Notes: a model not told the origin generated them from the letters alone. Counted from the whole stretch's first letter, positions 12,630-25,899 are shown. The stretch is DNA of 57,333 nt, filler included, from Sphacelaria rigidula (GCA_964200075.2; 6 parts of 6 records of this genome joined end to end with filler, not necessarily neighbours in it); one strand, 5' to 3'. Translations and numbers: made by a program.

Positions 12630-13620
12630 TTTCTAGTGATTGATGAATTTGCATGAGCCATGTAGAATAGGGTCGCACTGCTCGCGAAATTCCTCTTCCA
12701 CTTCAGCGCACACGAGATGAAAGAAATGTGAAAGTTCCGACCAAGCTTCACAAGTCCTGCACGGTCGTCGGCTGCAAGTATGACAGCAAAGCAACCGCAC
12801 CCCAAATACACGCCTTCTCGCTGTAGAGTTATCACGGATTTCTCCGTCCGCAAGCAGTTCGTGCTTCAACATTGCCGCGCATTTGTCGCAAAAAATGGCT
12901 ACCTATTGCGCACTGTAGACCGTGCACGAGGTGTAAAGGAGATTGCGCCCAAGACCACAAATAACACTTTTCATACGGTGATCGTTTTCTGCAAAAGTAA
13001 CCCCGGGTCAGATTGATGGGCCTCCCCTGGTGAACTCCGTTGCCTTCCTCCGTATAATTCATCATAGCCCTGATTTTTCCAAAGGCATAAACCCCAAAGG
13101 CAAAAGCTCCAGTAGCTGGTGCCTCTCTATAATCGCCGCGGCCAACACGGCTCATAGTGGTGAACTACGAATATAAAAAACACGTTCGTTTATGATAGAG
13201 ATTTCTACAGCACAGTACGGTTACCGGTCGATCACTCCGTTGTCTTTCCTACCGCTCACCCCGTTCCACAAAGATGTCAAGAGAAATATACTTACCGTAG
13301 ATTTGAACGCCCTGTACATGCAGACAGCGTCATCCCGTTCTTCATTCGTGAGGGGTTGTTGCTTGGCATGAAACCAAGGGATAAAGAAAACTCGTGTGAG
13401 ACCACTTCTTGTTGCGCCACGGGAGAACCTCTCCGAAAAAGCGTATTTTGGAGACTCAGTGCCGATTATCGCCGGGACACGGAGCTCAACAGGTCGTGCT
13501 ACCTCAGGCAGGCTTGCTGCCGTGCTCTCAAGGGGGGTGCTTGTGCGCTTTCCCGATCTTTCGTGCGCCCAGTTTGATTTACGGCCGAACAAATGGTTGC
13601 TCAAGCGACCCCAAAAATAG
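12630..13620 (-). mobile_element. Heavily decayed piggyBac-like (DDE_Tnp_1_7) transposase relic
   Basis: Ordered weak motif remnants: FHAKQQP.., MSRVGRGDYREA, MNY...GVHQ...RGYF..KRS..KVLF, C-terminal Cys cluster CCHTCSRRPCRTC; many frameshifts. Confidence 0.4.
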
Positions 13621-13952
13621 CAGTACCACCGTGTGTTTCTCTGAGATCATCGGCATGTATTTTCGGGGAGATACCTCGATTGTTGTTGTGCTCTTTGTCT
13701 GACAAATAATCTTTTATCCCGCCAAAAGTTTAAATGGGCGTGCGAATGGTCAGAAAGGGAAGCCAGGCTTGCAATTTCTCGGACAAAGGTTCAAATTTTA
13801 GAGAAAATTTCTTCTTGTTTGGAGCGCTTTCCCACGGATGGCACTTGTTGAGGATCAGTGCGGGAAGTTTCCAAGCCGGCCCATGGTTAAACTTCGTGCA
13901 CAGGAAGACGCAATAGTGTGTTGGAATGCGAATAGTGGATAAAATTACTCCT

Positions 13953-14672
13953 GGGGGGAGAGGGGGACGTACTCATTTGTTGCTTGCCGTAGTCGTTTGA
14001 CCATGGACCACGCATCCCTTTCGATACGGAGCACCGTTCCTACTCCTAACAGAGACACCTCCAAGATTCCGGCGCTCATTTCGTTTCTTCCATACATTAC
14101 ACAAAACATTTTACATATCTTATCCCCGTCCTGTTTCGCCGTCTATGGCCACCATCTATCTCCTAGTATAGCCATCGTTTTCTTCCCACTGTCCAATGCA
14201 TCAAGCGATGTCATGCTATCTTCGTTGACGTCCCGCATTTCCCCCTCTAGCACGCCCCGTTCCTCCTTGTATAGTTCACATTTTGCCGCTATATAACTTC
14301 TGCTCTTTATTCCTTTGCCATAGTGGCGGCAGTTCTGTCTATCTACTTCCTCCTCCTTTCGACGACTGGTAAGTCTCTTTTTTCTTTCTGGCAGGTCCAG
14401 GTCCCCCACCCGAAATCGCAATTGCATGCAAATATGCTTTTATCCCTATCCCCTCTCTCAGCCCCCCGTATATCTCCAGGCTTTCTTCCTCGTCTGCTTT
14501 GCGTCTGAGCGCCCTTTTCCCCCTTATTTATATAATATCTCTTACTTTTGCCTTGTACCCAGCGTCTTCATCTATGGAAAGTATTTCGCCTTCGTTTCTG
14601 CCTATCTCCTTCTCTACTTTCTCGACTTCCGTATCCCATCTTATAGCATACCCTTTCGTACGTTTCTTCCAT
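13953..14672 (-). mobile_element. 5'-truncated non-LTR retrotransposon (LINE) 3' end, about 720 bp
   Basis: Encodes ORF C-terminus LEIYGGLREGIGIKAYLH / LRFRVGDLDLPER..C...SR..IAAKCELYKEER..ILGDRWWP..GVSVRSRNGAP..ASNK*; ends at G-tract 13953-13966. Confidence 0.8.
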
Positions 14673-15980
14673 GCAGGAAGGCGGAGTATTGCGCCACACA
14701 CGCTAGGGCGGGCATGGTCAATGTAGTCAACAAAAAGTGTGTCAGCGAGGGTCGTTCAAGAAGGTCATGCTATGGTGTGGCCGGTAGTAGGAAGGCGGAG
14801 TATTGCGTCAGACACGCTAGGGCGGGCATGGTCGATGTAGCAAACAAAAGTGCGTTCGCGTGGGCTGTTCAAGAACGTCGTGGTAAAGGATGACCGGCAG
14901 CAGGAAGGCGGAGTATTACGCCGCACACGCCAGGGCGGGCATGGTCAATGCAGCGAACAAAAAGCGTGTTCGCGTGGGCTGTTCAAGAAGACCGCGCTAT
15001 AGTGTGGCCGGCAGCAGGAAGGCCGAGTATTGCGTCAGACACACCAGGGCGGGTATGGGCATTGAAGTACACGAGAAGCGTGTCAACGAAGGTAGCTCCA
15101 AGTGGGTATGAAGGCACGGGAATCTACGCCGCCAGCCCACTGCGCATGACCTGACCGCGGCATCCGCTGCAGCAGGGCATATTTATGAAAAATCTGCCCC
15201 AACCATGACTGGGCCGAGGGGGGGGAGGGGGGGGGGTACTCAGTTGTTGCTTGCATTAGTCGTGTGGCCATTGACCATGCATCCCTTTCAAGACGAAGCA
15301 CCGGAATCTACGCCGCCAGCCCACTGCGCATGACCTGACCGAGGCATTCGCTGCAGCAGGGCATATTCATGAAAAATCTGCCCCAACCATGACTGGGCCG
15401 AGGGAGGGGCGGTTTGCCGTGTCGAAGGACGTGGTGAGAAACTCAGGTATCCGTCTGGCGCCGGTCCCGACGCAAGCGATGGCGACTGTGAGGTCGGTTC
15501 TAGTGGCAACCCGCGTGCCAGTCGTTCTCTGGATGACGTAATGTGAGCTCTAGTACCACGGCAACTGCTGTCCAGGGACAGCCTGCCACCGCTGGGCCAG
15601 CACATGAGATTTTTCTGAATAATGTCGACACACACATGAAGGCGGAATCGGAGCTGGTCCCTGCCCTTGCGTATCTTCTCCGAAGTATATGGACGAGTAG
15701 CGACGTGGCTGGTGCGCGATCCAGCGGTCGCGGACGCATTAGCGATAGCGGGTCCAGAAGCGGCAGAAAAATAAACAGCTATGGTCGGAGCATCACTAGT
15801 GCAGGGAGAAAGGCATGGCGGATGCGTAGGACGAGACCGATGGAATAGGTACTTGATACAGAAGTGGGGAATGATATCACGTCTGAAGACGAGGGCGCCG
15901 ACGTGAAGTTAGAAAAGACACCACTGCTGCCTCTGCTCACGTGTTCGGCGTTATTCCGCCCTGAGGGAAGTAGCTGAGGG
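14673..15980 (+). pseudogene. EsV-1-7 repeat domain protein pseudogene
   Basis: Four 38-aa (114-nt) repeats RKAEYCxxHARAGMVxVxNKxC..GCS..P.YGVAGS starting 14675, 14789, 14902, 15016; frameshift in repeat 2; truncated and interrupted by LINE fragments; 3' boundary approximate. Confidence 0.8.
15226..15302 (-). mobile_element. Short LINE 3' fragment with about 105-bp target site duplication
   Basis: LINE terminal motif flanked by direct repeats 15119-15225 and 15303-15409, both ending in a G-tract. Confidence 0.8.
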
Positions 15981-17082
15981 AATCCGTGCACGCGTCTTGT
16001 CTCAGCTGACGTGTCGCATGGTGATATTTTGGCGCACTAATCCTCTGGCAGGAACCGGAGATTTCTCACGAGAATACAGTCTGGTGGCGCATAACCTGCA
16101 GCGAATATCAGGGATAATCTGTGAAAAATGATGAGTGCATACCGCAAATGTATGTGCTCAGGACGACCCCGGCCACTCAGATGCAGATAAATGCGTGCAT
16201 GGGAAAGATCAGTGGTCAGAACTATCATCCACTTTTTGTTGGTGGTTGTGAGGCATATTGCTTGCTCTTACGCAGAGAGCGGCGTTTCCGTTGACGAGGC
16301 TTTTCTCGACCCCTGTCCTTGCCTCTTCTACCTTTTGTCTGGAGCTCTGTGGGGGATTTTCTCCGGGTCGTTTTTAGTCCGGCGTCTCTTTTCAGTCTAG
16401 TTTGTTGAGCGATGGCCAGGCATACTGTAAAATCCACTTCGGGGTACATTGGTCAGCTAATTTTCGAGGTGAAAAATGAACTAAAGCTGACCCGGCTTCA
16501 GTCATTTTTGCCGACGATACGCAGAGTTTCGCTTCCTTTCCGTACGCATCTACTGTAAGACAAATGGATGAAAATAAGTGGCGTGGCGCCAACAGCAGCA
16601 GCGTCGCTCATAGGGCTTTCGCCAGATTGAGAGTCTCGCGCTTGAGAGCGAAAACTTAGAGAATAGGAGATCCTTATCCATTCATCGACTGGTGTTCATT
16701 GGGGGAATAGCTCGCCAAGTCAGTCGAGGAGCGGCTCGAATAAAAGCTTCAAAGAGTAGGATGAGTCCAATCTATATTTTCTTGCATAGGCCTCGTCAAA
16801 AGACGGAGTGCACGGTGCGAAATCAGGCTGACAAGGCGTGCTTTGAAAATCTGACTCACGCTATAAGCACGCTGTGCAACATATCAAGTATCCATGACGT
16901 ACCGTAACCTAGCGCAGGGATGTTCATGAAATAATGCAGAATCTTGAAAAATGGGAAGGAGATTTTTCTATGGGAACGAACTCCCGTGTTGAATGTAGAT
17001 AACGTGCACCGGGGACCACCCGTACGGCGTGTGGTCACACTGTACCATTTTACCAATCAAATCTACCGTGATGTTTCACTTC

Positions 17083-17854
17083 TATTAGGCCGCTCCTGTG
17101 GCAGACAAAAAAAAAAAAATGGAAAAGGGCCTTGTTGGAGCTTCTACGTGGTTTTACGCCCTAAAAGAAATCTGGGCGGATTTTGACACCTTGGAATGCC
17201 TTGCGTATTGACCAACCTTGAATTTTTTTCCGAGACCGCTCATTTTTTTTCGGAGACGAGTCATGTCCACAAAACGAAGCGAAGTCAAGTGTTCGAGGAC
17301 TTGAAAAATATATTTTCGTCATTTGGGAGTAAAGGATACGATTCAGAGTAAAAAGCGCTCAATCAGTGAATGAATCGTTTCAGTTCCAAAATGCCCCTCC
17401 ACGAGGCCCGACATGCTTTCTGTAGTAGCTTGCCACAGAGGCCCTTCATAATATCCCTGGGTAGGATATCGACGTGTAGCTGGAAGCACACGCCAGTGAT
17501 GAAAGCAAAGAAAAACATTCACGGAATGAAATAATCGCTTCGTTGAGGCGAATGATCAAAGCCACTCTCAACCAGCGCTCTACTGTCCATCTCACGAAAA
17601 CGTGGTTTTGATCCATCTCCGAGAAAAATGAGCGATTTCAGAGAAACAAGCAACGTCGGGCAAGAAAAAAACTGCAGCCACACCGGAGAAATGCACAGGT
17701 GTGCCGGAACCGTCTTAACGGGAACCGCAAGGTATTTCAAGGTGTCGAGATTCGCCTATTAATTGCTCTCTTTTAGGGCGTACAACGACGCAGAAGCTCC
17801 AAAAAGGCACTTTTCCATATTTTTATTTTCGTCTGCTATAAGGAGCAGCCTTAT
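17083..17854. mobile_element. Non-autonomous element with about 130-bp imperfect terminal inverted repeats
   Basis: 17083-17210 is the imperfect reverse complement of 17722-17854 (atggaaaag.gcctt.ttggagcttct.cgt.gtt.tacgccctaaaaga...gacaccttg). Confidence 0.65.
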
Positions 17855-19045
17855 CGGATCAGTTTTGCGTTCTGTATCTGGTGGGGGAAAAAGATGGGCA
17901 GTCGCCGTAAACCAGCCCTCATACCCGTATGGCGATTCTCCATACCAAATTTCAAAGCACAACTAACTCTCAAATCCAAGTTGCACAATCGCCCGCAAGG
18001 CTCAAGTAATTCGTTTTCAACCTGGCCCAGCTCGTAGTGTACTGTGTATATATGTATCCACTGGTTAGTGAACACTCTGGATGGAGCACATGGCGCATTC
18101 CATATCGGAAGAACTGAGCACTTCTAAAGTATAACTGGAGTATGAACTCTTCAAACCACTCGGGCGTGGAGTCGGCCTTGCTCGCATCCACCTTGAGCCT
18201 TGTCTTGGTGCAGAGAAGATAGTGAGAAACAGAGTTGAATATTAAAACAAGGTTCAACCCCAAAACAGTGCCTTCCCTGACCTAAAGTCATGTTGGCGAC
18301 CTCATCCCCCCCGACCTCCGGCGGGTTCCGCGCCAAAGCTCAATATATGTCCTCTCCCATCGCAAAAAAAACAAGAATGAAAAATCGACTTCGTAGTTCG
18401 TTCTCAAATGCCCAAAAATGATGTTAAAAAAAGGTTACAATTTTTTTTTCATCTTCGTCTTGATGATTTTTTTGCCGCATATCCCCTAACTTTTTGTTTT
18501 TTTGGAACCTTGCTCCAATCGCTTCCGCTTGATCGATTGAGGGAGGGTAGAGCCACTCAGATTGTTCATCAGACAAAAACCCACGTTGGGAAGTGCGCTG
18601 GAATGAGTCGATCTCAGGCTGGGCCGCAAGGCCAGCTGTTGTTACGGGAGGCGGCGAGTACCTTCGCGTCATGTATGCTGGTTCGGACCAACACACGGTG
18701 CGCCACAGATGGAAACTCCATCATGTATGTCGGGCGATTTGTGTGAATATATGTATGCCAACAGGCGCTTGTAAAGACACTTTCTACGATGAAAGCCCCG
18801 CCAAAAACAACAGCTCAAGAAGGTCACCATGAAAGTAGTCATACAGCGCTTGCTTGATGTTCAGTTTCAGACTTTTGTATAAAGCGCCTCATATGGACGA
18901 TACCGGCGAAAACGAACCCAAGCGTTGAAAATCCCCAGCTGCTCGTTGTGCTCGGCTTTTATTGTTTTGATTTACGTGTAGATTTTGCCTCCCCGAACCA
19001 GCCACTTTTGGGGTGTACTCATGATCATGCTTGCCATAGTCATCA

Positions 19046-19145
19046 NNNNNNNNNNNNNNNNNNNNNNNNNNNNNNNNNNNNNNNNNNNNTTAATTAATTA
19101 ANNNNNNNNNNNNNNNNNNNNNNNNNNNNNNNNNNNNNNNNNNNN
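19046..19145. other. Artificial contig linker
   Basis: Same 100-nt N/TTAATTAATTAA/N spacer. Confidence 0.98.
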
Positions 19146-19201
<56 letters not shown>

Positions 19202-19229
19202 CACCATCTATTAATAACAACAACAACAA
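19146..19229. repeat. (ATT)n and (CAA)n microsatellites
   Basis: Direct reading; flank the Helitron 3' end. Confidence 0.95.
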
Positions 19230-22200
19230 CTAGTGGTAAGCCACGGCTGACGCGCGTGGCAGAATTGCTGCAGGTATCCACGCGGCCGGTCTCGGGCGCG
19301 TGGAGGTTTTGAGCAATATGGCGCGAACGGAAATGGCACTGACGTCAATCATTATTCATTAGTACACGCTGGGTAAGCACATGAAGATCTCTACCCGAAC
19401 GGCAAAGTGTGACCACCGCGAATGAAGAAATAAACCAAACCGTGCGGGCGCAAACCCGCCCTACAGAAGAAAGTAATCCATCCCAAAAAAGCAAGAGTCA
19501 AACCGGGGAGACTTGATCCCCGTCAATCGTCTAACCCCGTACCGGATGCACAGCAACAAAGTCAAAGACCATCCAATCCTAGCTCATCAATCCTCGTCGG
19601 CAGTAGTGAGGCGTCGGCGGCCAGTATGACATGGGCAACACGCTGGCCGTATGCGTTAACTCGAGAGCGGAGGTCATCGTTGAGGGCCATGACTTGTTCC
19701 TGGCGCGTGTCGATGGCGTACCCGTTGGCATCTAGGGTGTTTCCTGCGTTGACATTATGCTGTTGAAACGCTTGACGGTAGCCGTTTACGATGTTTTCGA
19801 ACCAGGCTGGCCTTTCGTAACCGTCATAATCCTGGCAGACACCTCCTTCGCAGTTCAGCGCAGCATTTATGATGGGCATGCACAACCAGGAGTATGTTCC
19901 TCCCGGCTGGCACATGGACAAACATGCCTCCGACGTCCGACTCGCGGGGTTAATATCTTGACCAAACCAAACGCGAGCACCTCCAGGCCTTCGTTGTTGC
20001 CCTTGTGTCTGTCCCCTTCCCACCGTTGCTCCTCTTCCCGCTGTAGATCCCCTTCCTGCTCTTGCTCCCCTTCCCGCGGCTCGTGGTGCCCCACGCCGCC
20101 CTCCCGTCCCTCGCTGCACTCCCCTACCTCCACGCGGTGAGGGCATCTCCCCTTGTCGATCGGGCAGGAGATGCTGTGGGATCCTCTGGATAGTATGACG
20201 CGCGGTCGCTGAGCCGTCCAGCCCCTCCGCGTAAACGATATTTTCAGTGCAAGTAGCCGTGGTACCGTCGAGCAAAGGCGTTTGGCCGTCGCCGGTTGCG
20301 ATGCAGAGATTGTTTGGCGAAGTCGCGCGCGAAATAGCGACGTATAACTGACCATGAGAGAAGACCGGGGTCGACAGGTACACGCCAACGCGGTCGAGGC
20401 TTTGTCCCTGAGCCTTGTTGATCGTCATCGCGAAAGTAGGGGCAATGGGGAACTGGCGACGTCTGAAGGCGAACGGAAGTTCGTCCTCGTCGTTGTTCAT
20501 CACTATACGCGGGACGAAGGCGATATTGTCCCTGTGAGGTCCCGCAGAAATGCGAACGCGGAGAACCCGCGGTGTGGCATGCAGTAGTTCGAACCTCGTC
20601 CCATTGAAGAGGCCCAGGGTGGGGTTGATGGTTCGCAGTAGAATGTAGGGAGCTGTGACCTTGAGCACCACCTCGTGCGCGGCCATCCCGGTGGGCGTGA
20701 GGGAGTGGAGAAACTCCGGTGTGTATACCATGGCGTCAGTGGTACCTTCCGTCTCGTCAACACTGAAGCTGGAGAAATCGGCGACCTGGACGTACTCCAT
20801 GAGGGAGGTGTTCACTTGTCGAATGATGTCGTTCCTGGGTGCCAGGATGGCGGCGTTGCCCATGTCTGAAAGTGAGAGAGGCAATGTGTGAATCCTTGAC
20901 ATCAGGTCCCCAATGTCGCCAGATGGGACGCAATGCGCGGATGGAATCTTGATCAAATGCCTCCTGTCGTCCATGGTGGGCACTTACTCCTCTGTCCCGT
21001 CCCCGATGCGCATCTGCCATGCACAAAAATCGCGGAGGCGGTCACTGTCGGCCCCCGCGCGCAGGACACGTATGTTGACGGTGAGGGTGAGGGTGCGCAC
21101 GATGTCCCATAACGGTGAACTCTTCACGCAAGCATCTGCGACCTGAGCTCGTGTTCCCCTGCGCACGACAGGAAGCACCTACCAGCAGCGGGTACAGCGA
21201 TTGTGTGTCGGGTGCAGCGGCGAGTGTGACTGTGGGGCGAAGTGTGTGTGTGGGGGGGGTTGTCGATGAGGGCGCGAATGTGGCAGAAGGGGGGGGACGA
21301 AGGTACATGCCGCACCACGGCGACAGGGTGGATAGCAACACTTAAGCACAGTCTCACCTGCCTGAAGTCTCCACCCATGACGACGATTTTACCCCCCCCA
21401 CGGGAGGTCTGTCACATATATCCCTTAGCGTCCGCTCCAGCGCTTCGTGACAGTAGCGGTGAGACTCATCCCAGAAGATTACATCTGCCATCCTCAACAG
21501 TTGAGTCCGACCGCTCTCTTTCACAATATAGCACGACTGACCCTCCTTGATGTTGATCGGAATGCCGAAGGCAGAGTGAGCCGTGCAACCCCCTGGTAGT
21601 AGGGTGGAGGCAACGCCGCTGCTGGCGGCGGCGACAACAACCCTACCCATACCGCGAATGGCGGAGATGAGTGTCGTAGAGGAATGCCTTTCCCGTGCCG
21701 CCGGGACCGTCGACAAAGAAGAAGCCGTCCCAACCTGCCGGTGAAGCCGGTAGCCACCGCGTCGTGCACTGGCCGACGTGCCCTTGATCATTGCCATTGA
21801 GGCCTACATCTTCTCTACCCCGAGGTGGAAAGTTAGCACCGTCGTCAGTGCGGAGACGTGCGTGAGCGTCCATGATGGCGTCGTAAGCGGCGCGCTGGTC
21901 GGCGTTGAGGAGGGTGACATTGGCGGCGGCATGTTGTTGATGGAGTTGCCGTCGGTCCACGCCGCGGAGCTCGTCTCTGATCTCCGAAGGTATCGTGCTG
22001 TGGTAGTCGGACACAGCGAGTTCTTGAGGCTCGCGCAACCCGTACTTGACGGCGCTGGAGCCCACGGAGCGAAGGCTGCGGCCAATGTTTAACAGCGCCA
22101 GGTTGCGGAGGTCGTCGTCCAGTTGCCTCTCGCTGTCTAACTGGTGCGCCTGGTGGAGGAAATCGGCGGCGAGCTCATCGCAGTGACGATTCCACAGTAG

Positions 22201-22960
22201 CAGGGGCTTCTGGACCTGACAGCACCGCAAGAGGGTAACAAAAAGCTGACGGAGGGCGGGAGTGGATGTCTGGGAGATGATGGCGTCTTGTAGGCAGCGG
22301 TTCCAGTCACCATCATTCTGCAGCAGCAAACGGCGGCGGCAAGCCTCGTGGAATGTCTCGCATACTTCTCCATCATCCAACGTGCGCAGCGCTTGGGAAG
22401 ACGTGGTCCCAGCAACGAGGCAGAGGAGGAGACGGATGTAGAACCTCTCTCCCGATGATGGATGGGCGGTGTAAACACGCCCGATCTGACCCGTCTGCCG
22501 CCGGCGATCCTTCCATGTCTCGGTCTTGGTGTGCCAGGTGAAGTGCGCGGGGAAGTTGTGGTACAGTATTTGTCGTGTGGGGTCATCCGACCCCACCTCC
22601 GCGTTCTTTGCGAAGTACGCCGTGAGAGTGGTGGCCCCGCCGTTCACCAGCACTTGCTGCGCGGTAGCCGGTGTGAACATCACGTACTGACCGTCTGGTT
22701 CATGTACAGCAAAATGCATAACTGGCGGGTGACCGTCGCTCATGCCGAGGTCAAAGATACGTCAGGCCGCCTCGCATGACCCCAGATATCGAGCGTCGAC
22801 ATACGTCGTGATCGCGTCATCATAATCTCCCTCCTCGGTGACCCCGGCGATAGTGCGTTCACCCCCCTTGTAGACGTACTTGACGCTCTTCACCGAAGCG
22901 CAGAGCTCAACGTTGATGTGAGCGTTATTCTTCAGGGTTAGAGCAGGGTTGTATGGAACC

Positions 22961-23157
22961 ACCCACGTGTTGTCCACTCACCGGCCTTGAGGAACACACC
23001 CTGCGGTCCCACCCGGTACGTTTCGGGCCGGTTTTCACCTACATGGACAGAGACATCTACCCACGTGTTGTCCACTCACCGGCCTTGAGGAACACACCCT
23101 GCGGTCCCACCCGGTACGTTTTGGGCCGGTTTTCACCTACATGGACAGAGACATCTA
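22961..23157. repeat. 98-bp tandem duplication inside the Rep domain
   Basis: acccacgtgttgtccactcacc...gagacatct at 22961 and 23059. Confidence 0.95.
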
Positions 23158-25899
23158 GTATGGAGTCATAAGGCGGCCGGCGGTGGCGGTACTCGGCGTA
23201 CCCGTCTGCCGCCGCGGTAGTCCGCTCCGCGGGTTGTCGGGGGAATCGCTTTGAACACCGGCCGTCTTTCACGCACGAAGGGCCGCAGGGACCATGGATG
23301 TAGGAAGAGGCGATGATGTGGAAAAGTCGCGGTTGCTGGCGGATGTCGGGTAACTCGGCGGAAATGTACTTGTATTCATCCGGAGTTGGCTTGTCCTCCG
23401 GTGCGAACATGATCAACATGTCGGCATGGGGTAGACCGCGTTTCTGGAACTGGGCAGATGTGACAGGTGCGACAAATTACGTTGCAGAGTGCACGTGGGA
23501 ATAAGTTATCAACGACGGCGTCGCTGGGTGCACAATCAACGGCGATCACACAGCACACGGATTTTCTGCGTGCAGGAGGGGGAGGGGAAGAATAGAGGAG
23601 CTGATGACAACTATTTTACTCGAAAAGTCTCGGGAGACGCACCTCGATCACTCTAACCCAGGCGACGGCTCTGCCCAAGTACCCTTACTCCAGGACATCA
23701 TCTTCCAAAGCTCTCAGCTTCAGACGAAAAACGCGAGAGACGATGTCGGGGCGATCGCTGGGGTCCTGTCCTTCGAGTAATGCCTCTGTGATCTCCGGCC
23801 AGCCTGCAAGGAGTCGCAGTAGACAAGAACGAAGGAACGGTGATGTAATCTGAGATTTTTTTATCGGAGCCAACATCGTGTTGAAAATATTTCGAAAAAT
23901 CCATTAGCCCATCAGGCAATCGGTCGATTTATGAAACTGATTAGCAAACACAATGTAGTCAATGGTCGATAACCCATAAGCCCACCTCTCGATGACATTA
24001 AAACAAAAAAACAAGTGCTGAATCCGAGGGTACTCACTTGGGTTGCACGTAAAGGTAGCGAAGACGTCCGGCTTGCCGAAGTGACGGACGATGGCCATGG
24101 CGTCAAGATAACGTTGCGTTATGTACCGGGGGCCACCGATGAGACTGGGGGAGAGGACGGTGACAGCCCGGCCAACATCGCTGGGGTGATTGCCTTGCTG
24201 CACGCCGTCGCTGAGCCCTCGGCGCTCATGACAGCGAAGGGCTTCCTGGTTATTTCGTTGGTACTGCAATCTTCCGTGCTCAATCTGACATGCATAGTCA
24301 ACTACCCACTGCTGGAATAGCATGCCGCCGACGTGGAGCATGCTGGAGAGCGGTAGGGGAGGTGCGCCGACTGCGGCCGCCCGCTGTTGTGTCCTGAACG
24401 TGAGACAGTATGCAGTATATTCTCGCTTGAAGACCATACGCCGCGCCCCGCCGGCGGCGGCGCCGCCTCGCGGACGTCTTCTCCCTGGCGCATTAACTTG
24501 CAGCGGACGCAGAGGGTCGTCGCCGTGCTGGGGGGTCTCATTGTGGTGCCCGCACTCACCCGTAGGGTTGAGGATGGGGTACGACAGGGCATCTACGGAG
24601 GGATGATTCTCGCAAACCCTCCTCAAATTACCTTGCAAGTCTCGGACGACGATGTCGCGAATGTAGTTGTGTCGGTCGTGAGCGTCGGGGATCACGGCGG
24701 CAACCTCACGTGGAGCGGCCGTCGCTTTGTAGCGCCGGGGATCCGGAGTTTGTTCGGCGCGCAAGAAGAGACGCCCGCCTCGTCCCACGGAACCGCTAGC
24801 CCGCTGTAGTCTGTCTAACGCAGACAGGTACATTCTGGCATATCTGTGTTCACGAGAGATGACTCTCTGCACCATTCGCGCCGCGCGTTGAAGGCCACCC
24901 TCTCGAAGCTCCGAAAAATTGTTGAGGCGATACCCCAGTTGCTCGTCTTCGCGGGAGTAGAAGTAGATCTGACTGTAGCGGGGGATGGGAGTCTCGGCGC
25001 AGCAACTGGACGCTGCTGAGGTAGTGATGAAACTGCCCTTGTACAACAAAACTATATGGACCGTTGGTCTGGAACTGGTGTAGTTGAAGGAAGTCGCCGG
25101 CGGTCGCACCTCCGCAGGATGAAAAGGCGAAGGCGGTTTTCATTCTTCTAATGTCGGTGAGGAAAGATCACGAGAGAGGGTTCGCCGGAGACACGAGCTC
25201 AGCCAGTTCCGGTGGTGGGTTGCACGGTAGTGGCCACAGTCTGACCTTTCCTTTGCCGCAGCAAAGGGAAGACGTTTCGCCTCCTCCTACAAAAAGGAAT
25301 AGACGCCGTTGGATGGGGTGGTGTCGCACAAAAGCGTGAATTGCCGCACTTTCGTCGGGCGTGACGCACGGTACTTGTTGTCTTGTGCACTACATGTATC
25401 AACCGGCGGTATGTTAATCGGTGGGGCACCCCCGGCCATGTGCAAACTGCGTTGATGTCATAGACTCTTTCTCGCAGGCGATTTGCCATATATGCTGTGA
25501 AGTAGGGGAGTCGACAGGCATTGATACACGAAAGTTTCTAACGTAGTGTTTGCAACATACGGGGTAAACCTCGGTTATGGAAAAGAAGAAAAAAAAAACA
25601 TTGGATGTGGAAAATTGTCATTAGATTATGTTTCACTACACGTTTTGTCATCGTTCAGCAGTTGGTGAGGTTATCACGTAATGTCTTACTACACCATCTT
25701 GACCTGCAAAGTTAGTGGCGATTCGCCACCTATACTCTGAAGTTGGAGAGTCGACGAAAATCGCGAAATAATGTTCGCAAGGTCCGTGGAAAACGTCGGT
25801 TAAGGAGTGCGTGATGTTGAACGCATGTGATGTAGCAACACTAATCGTTGGCCGCAGAGCTATGAATACGAACTAAAAGCAGGAGGAAACCATTGAATA

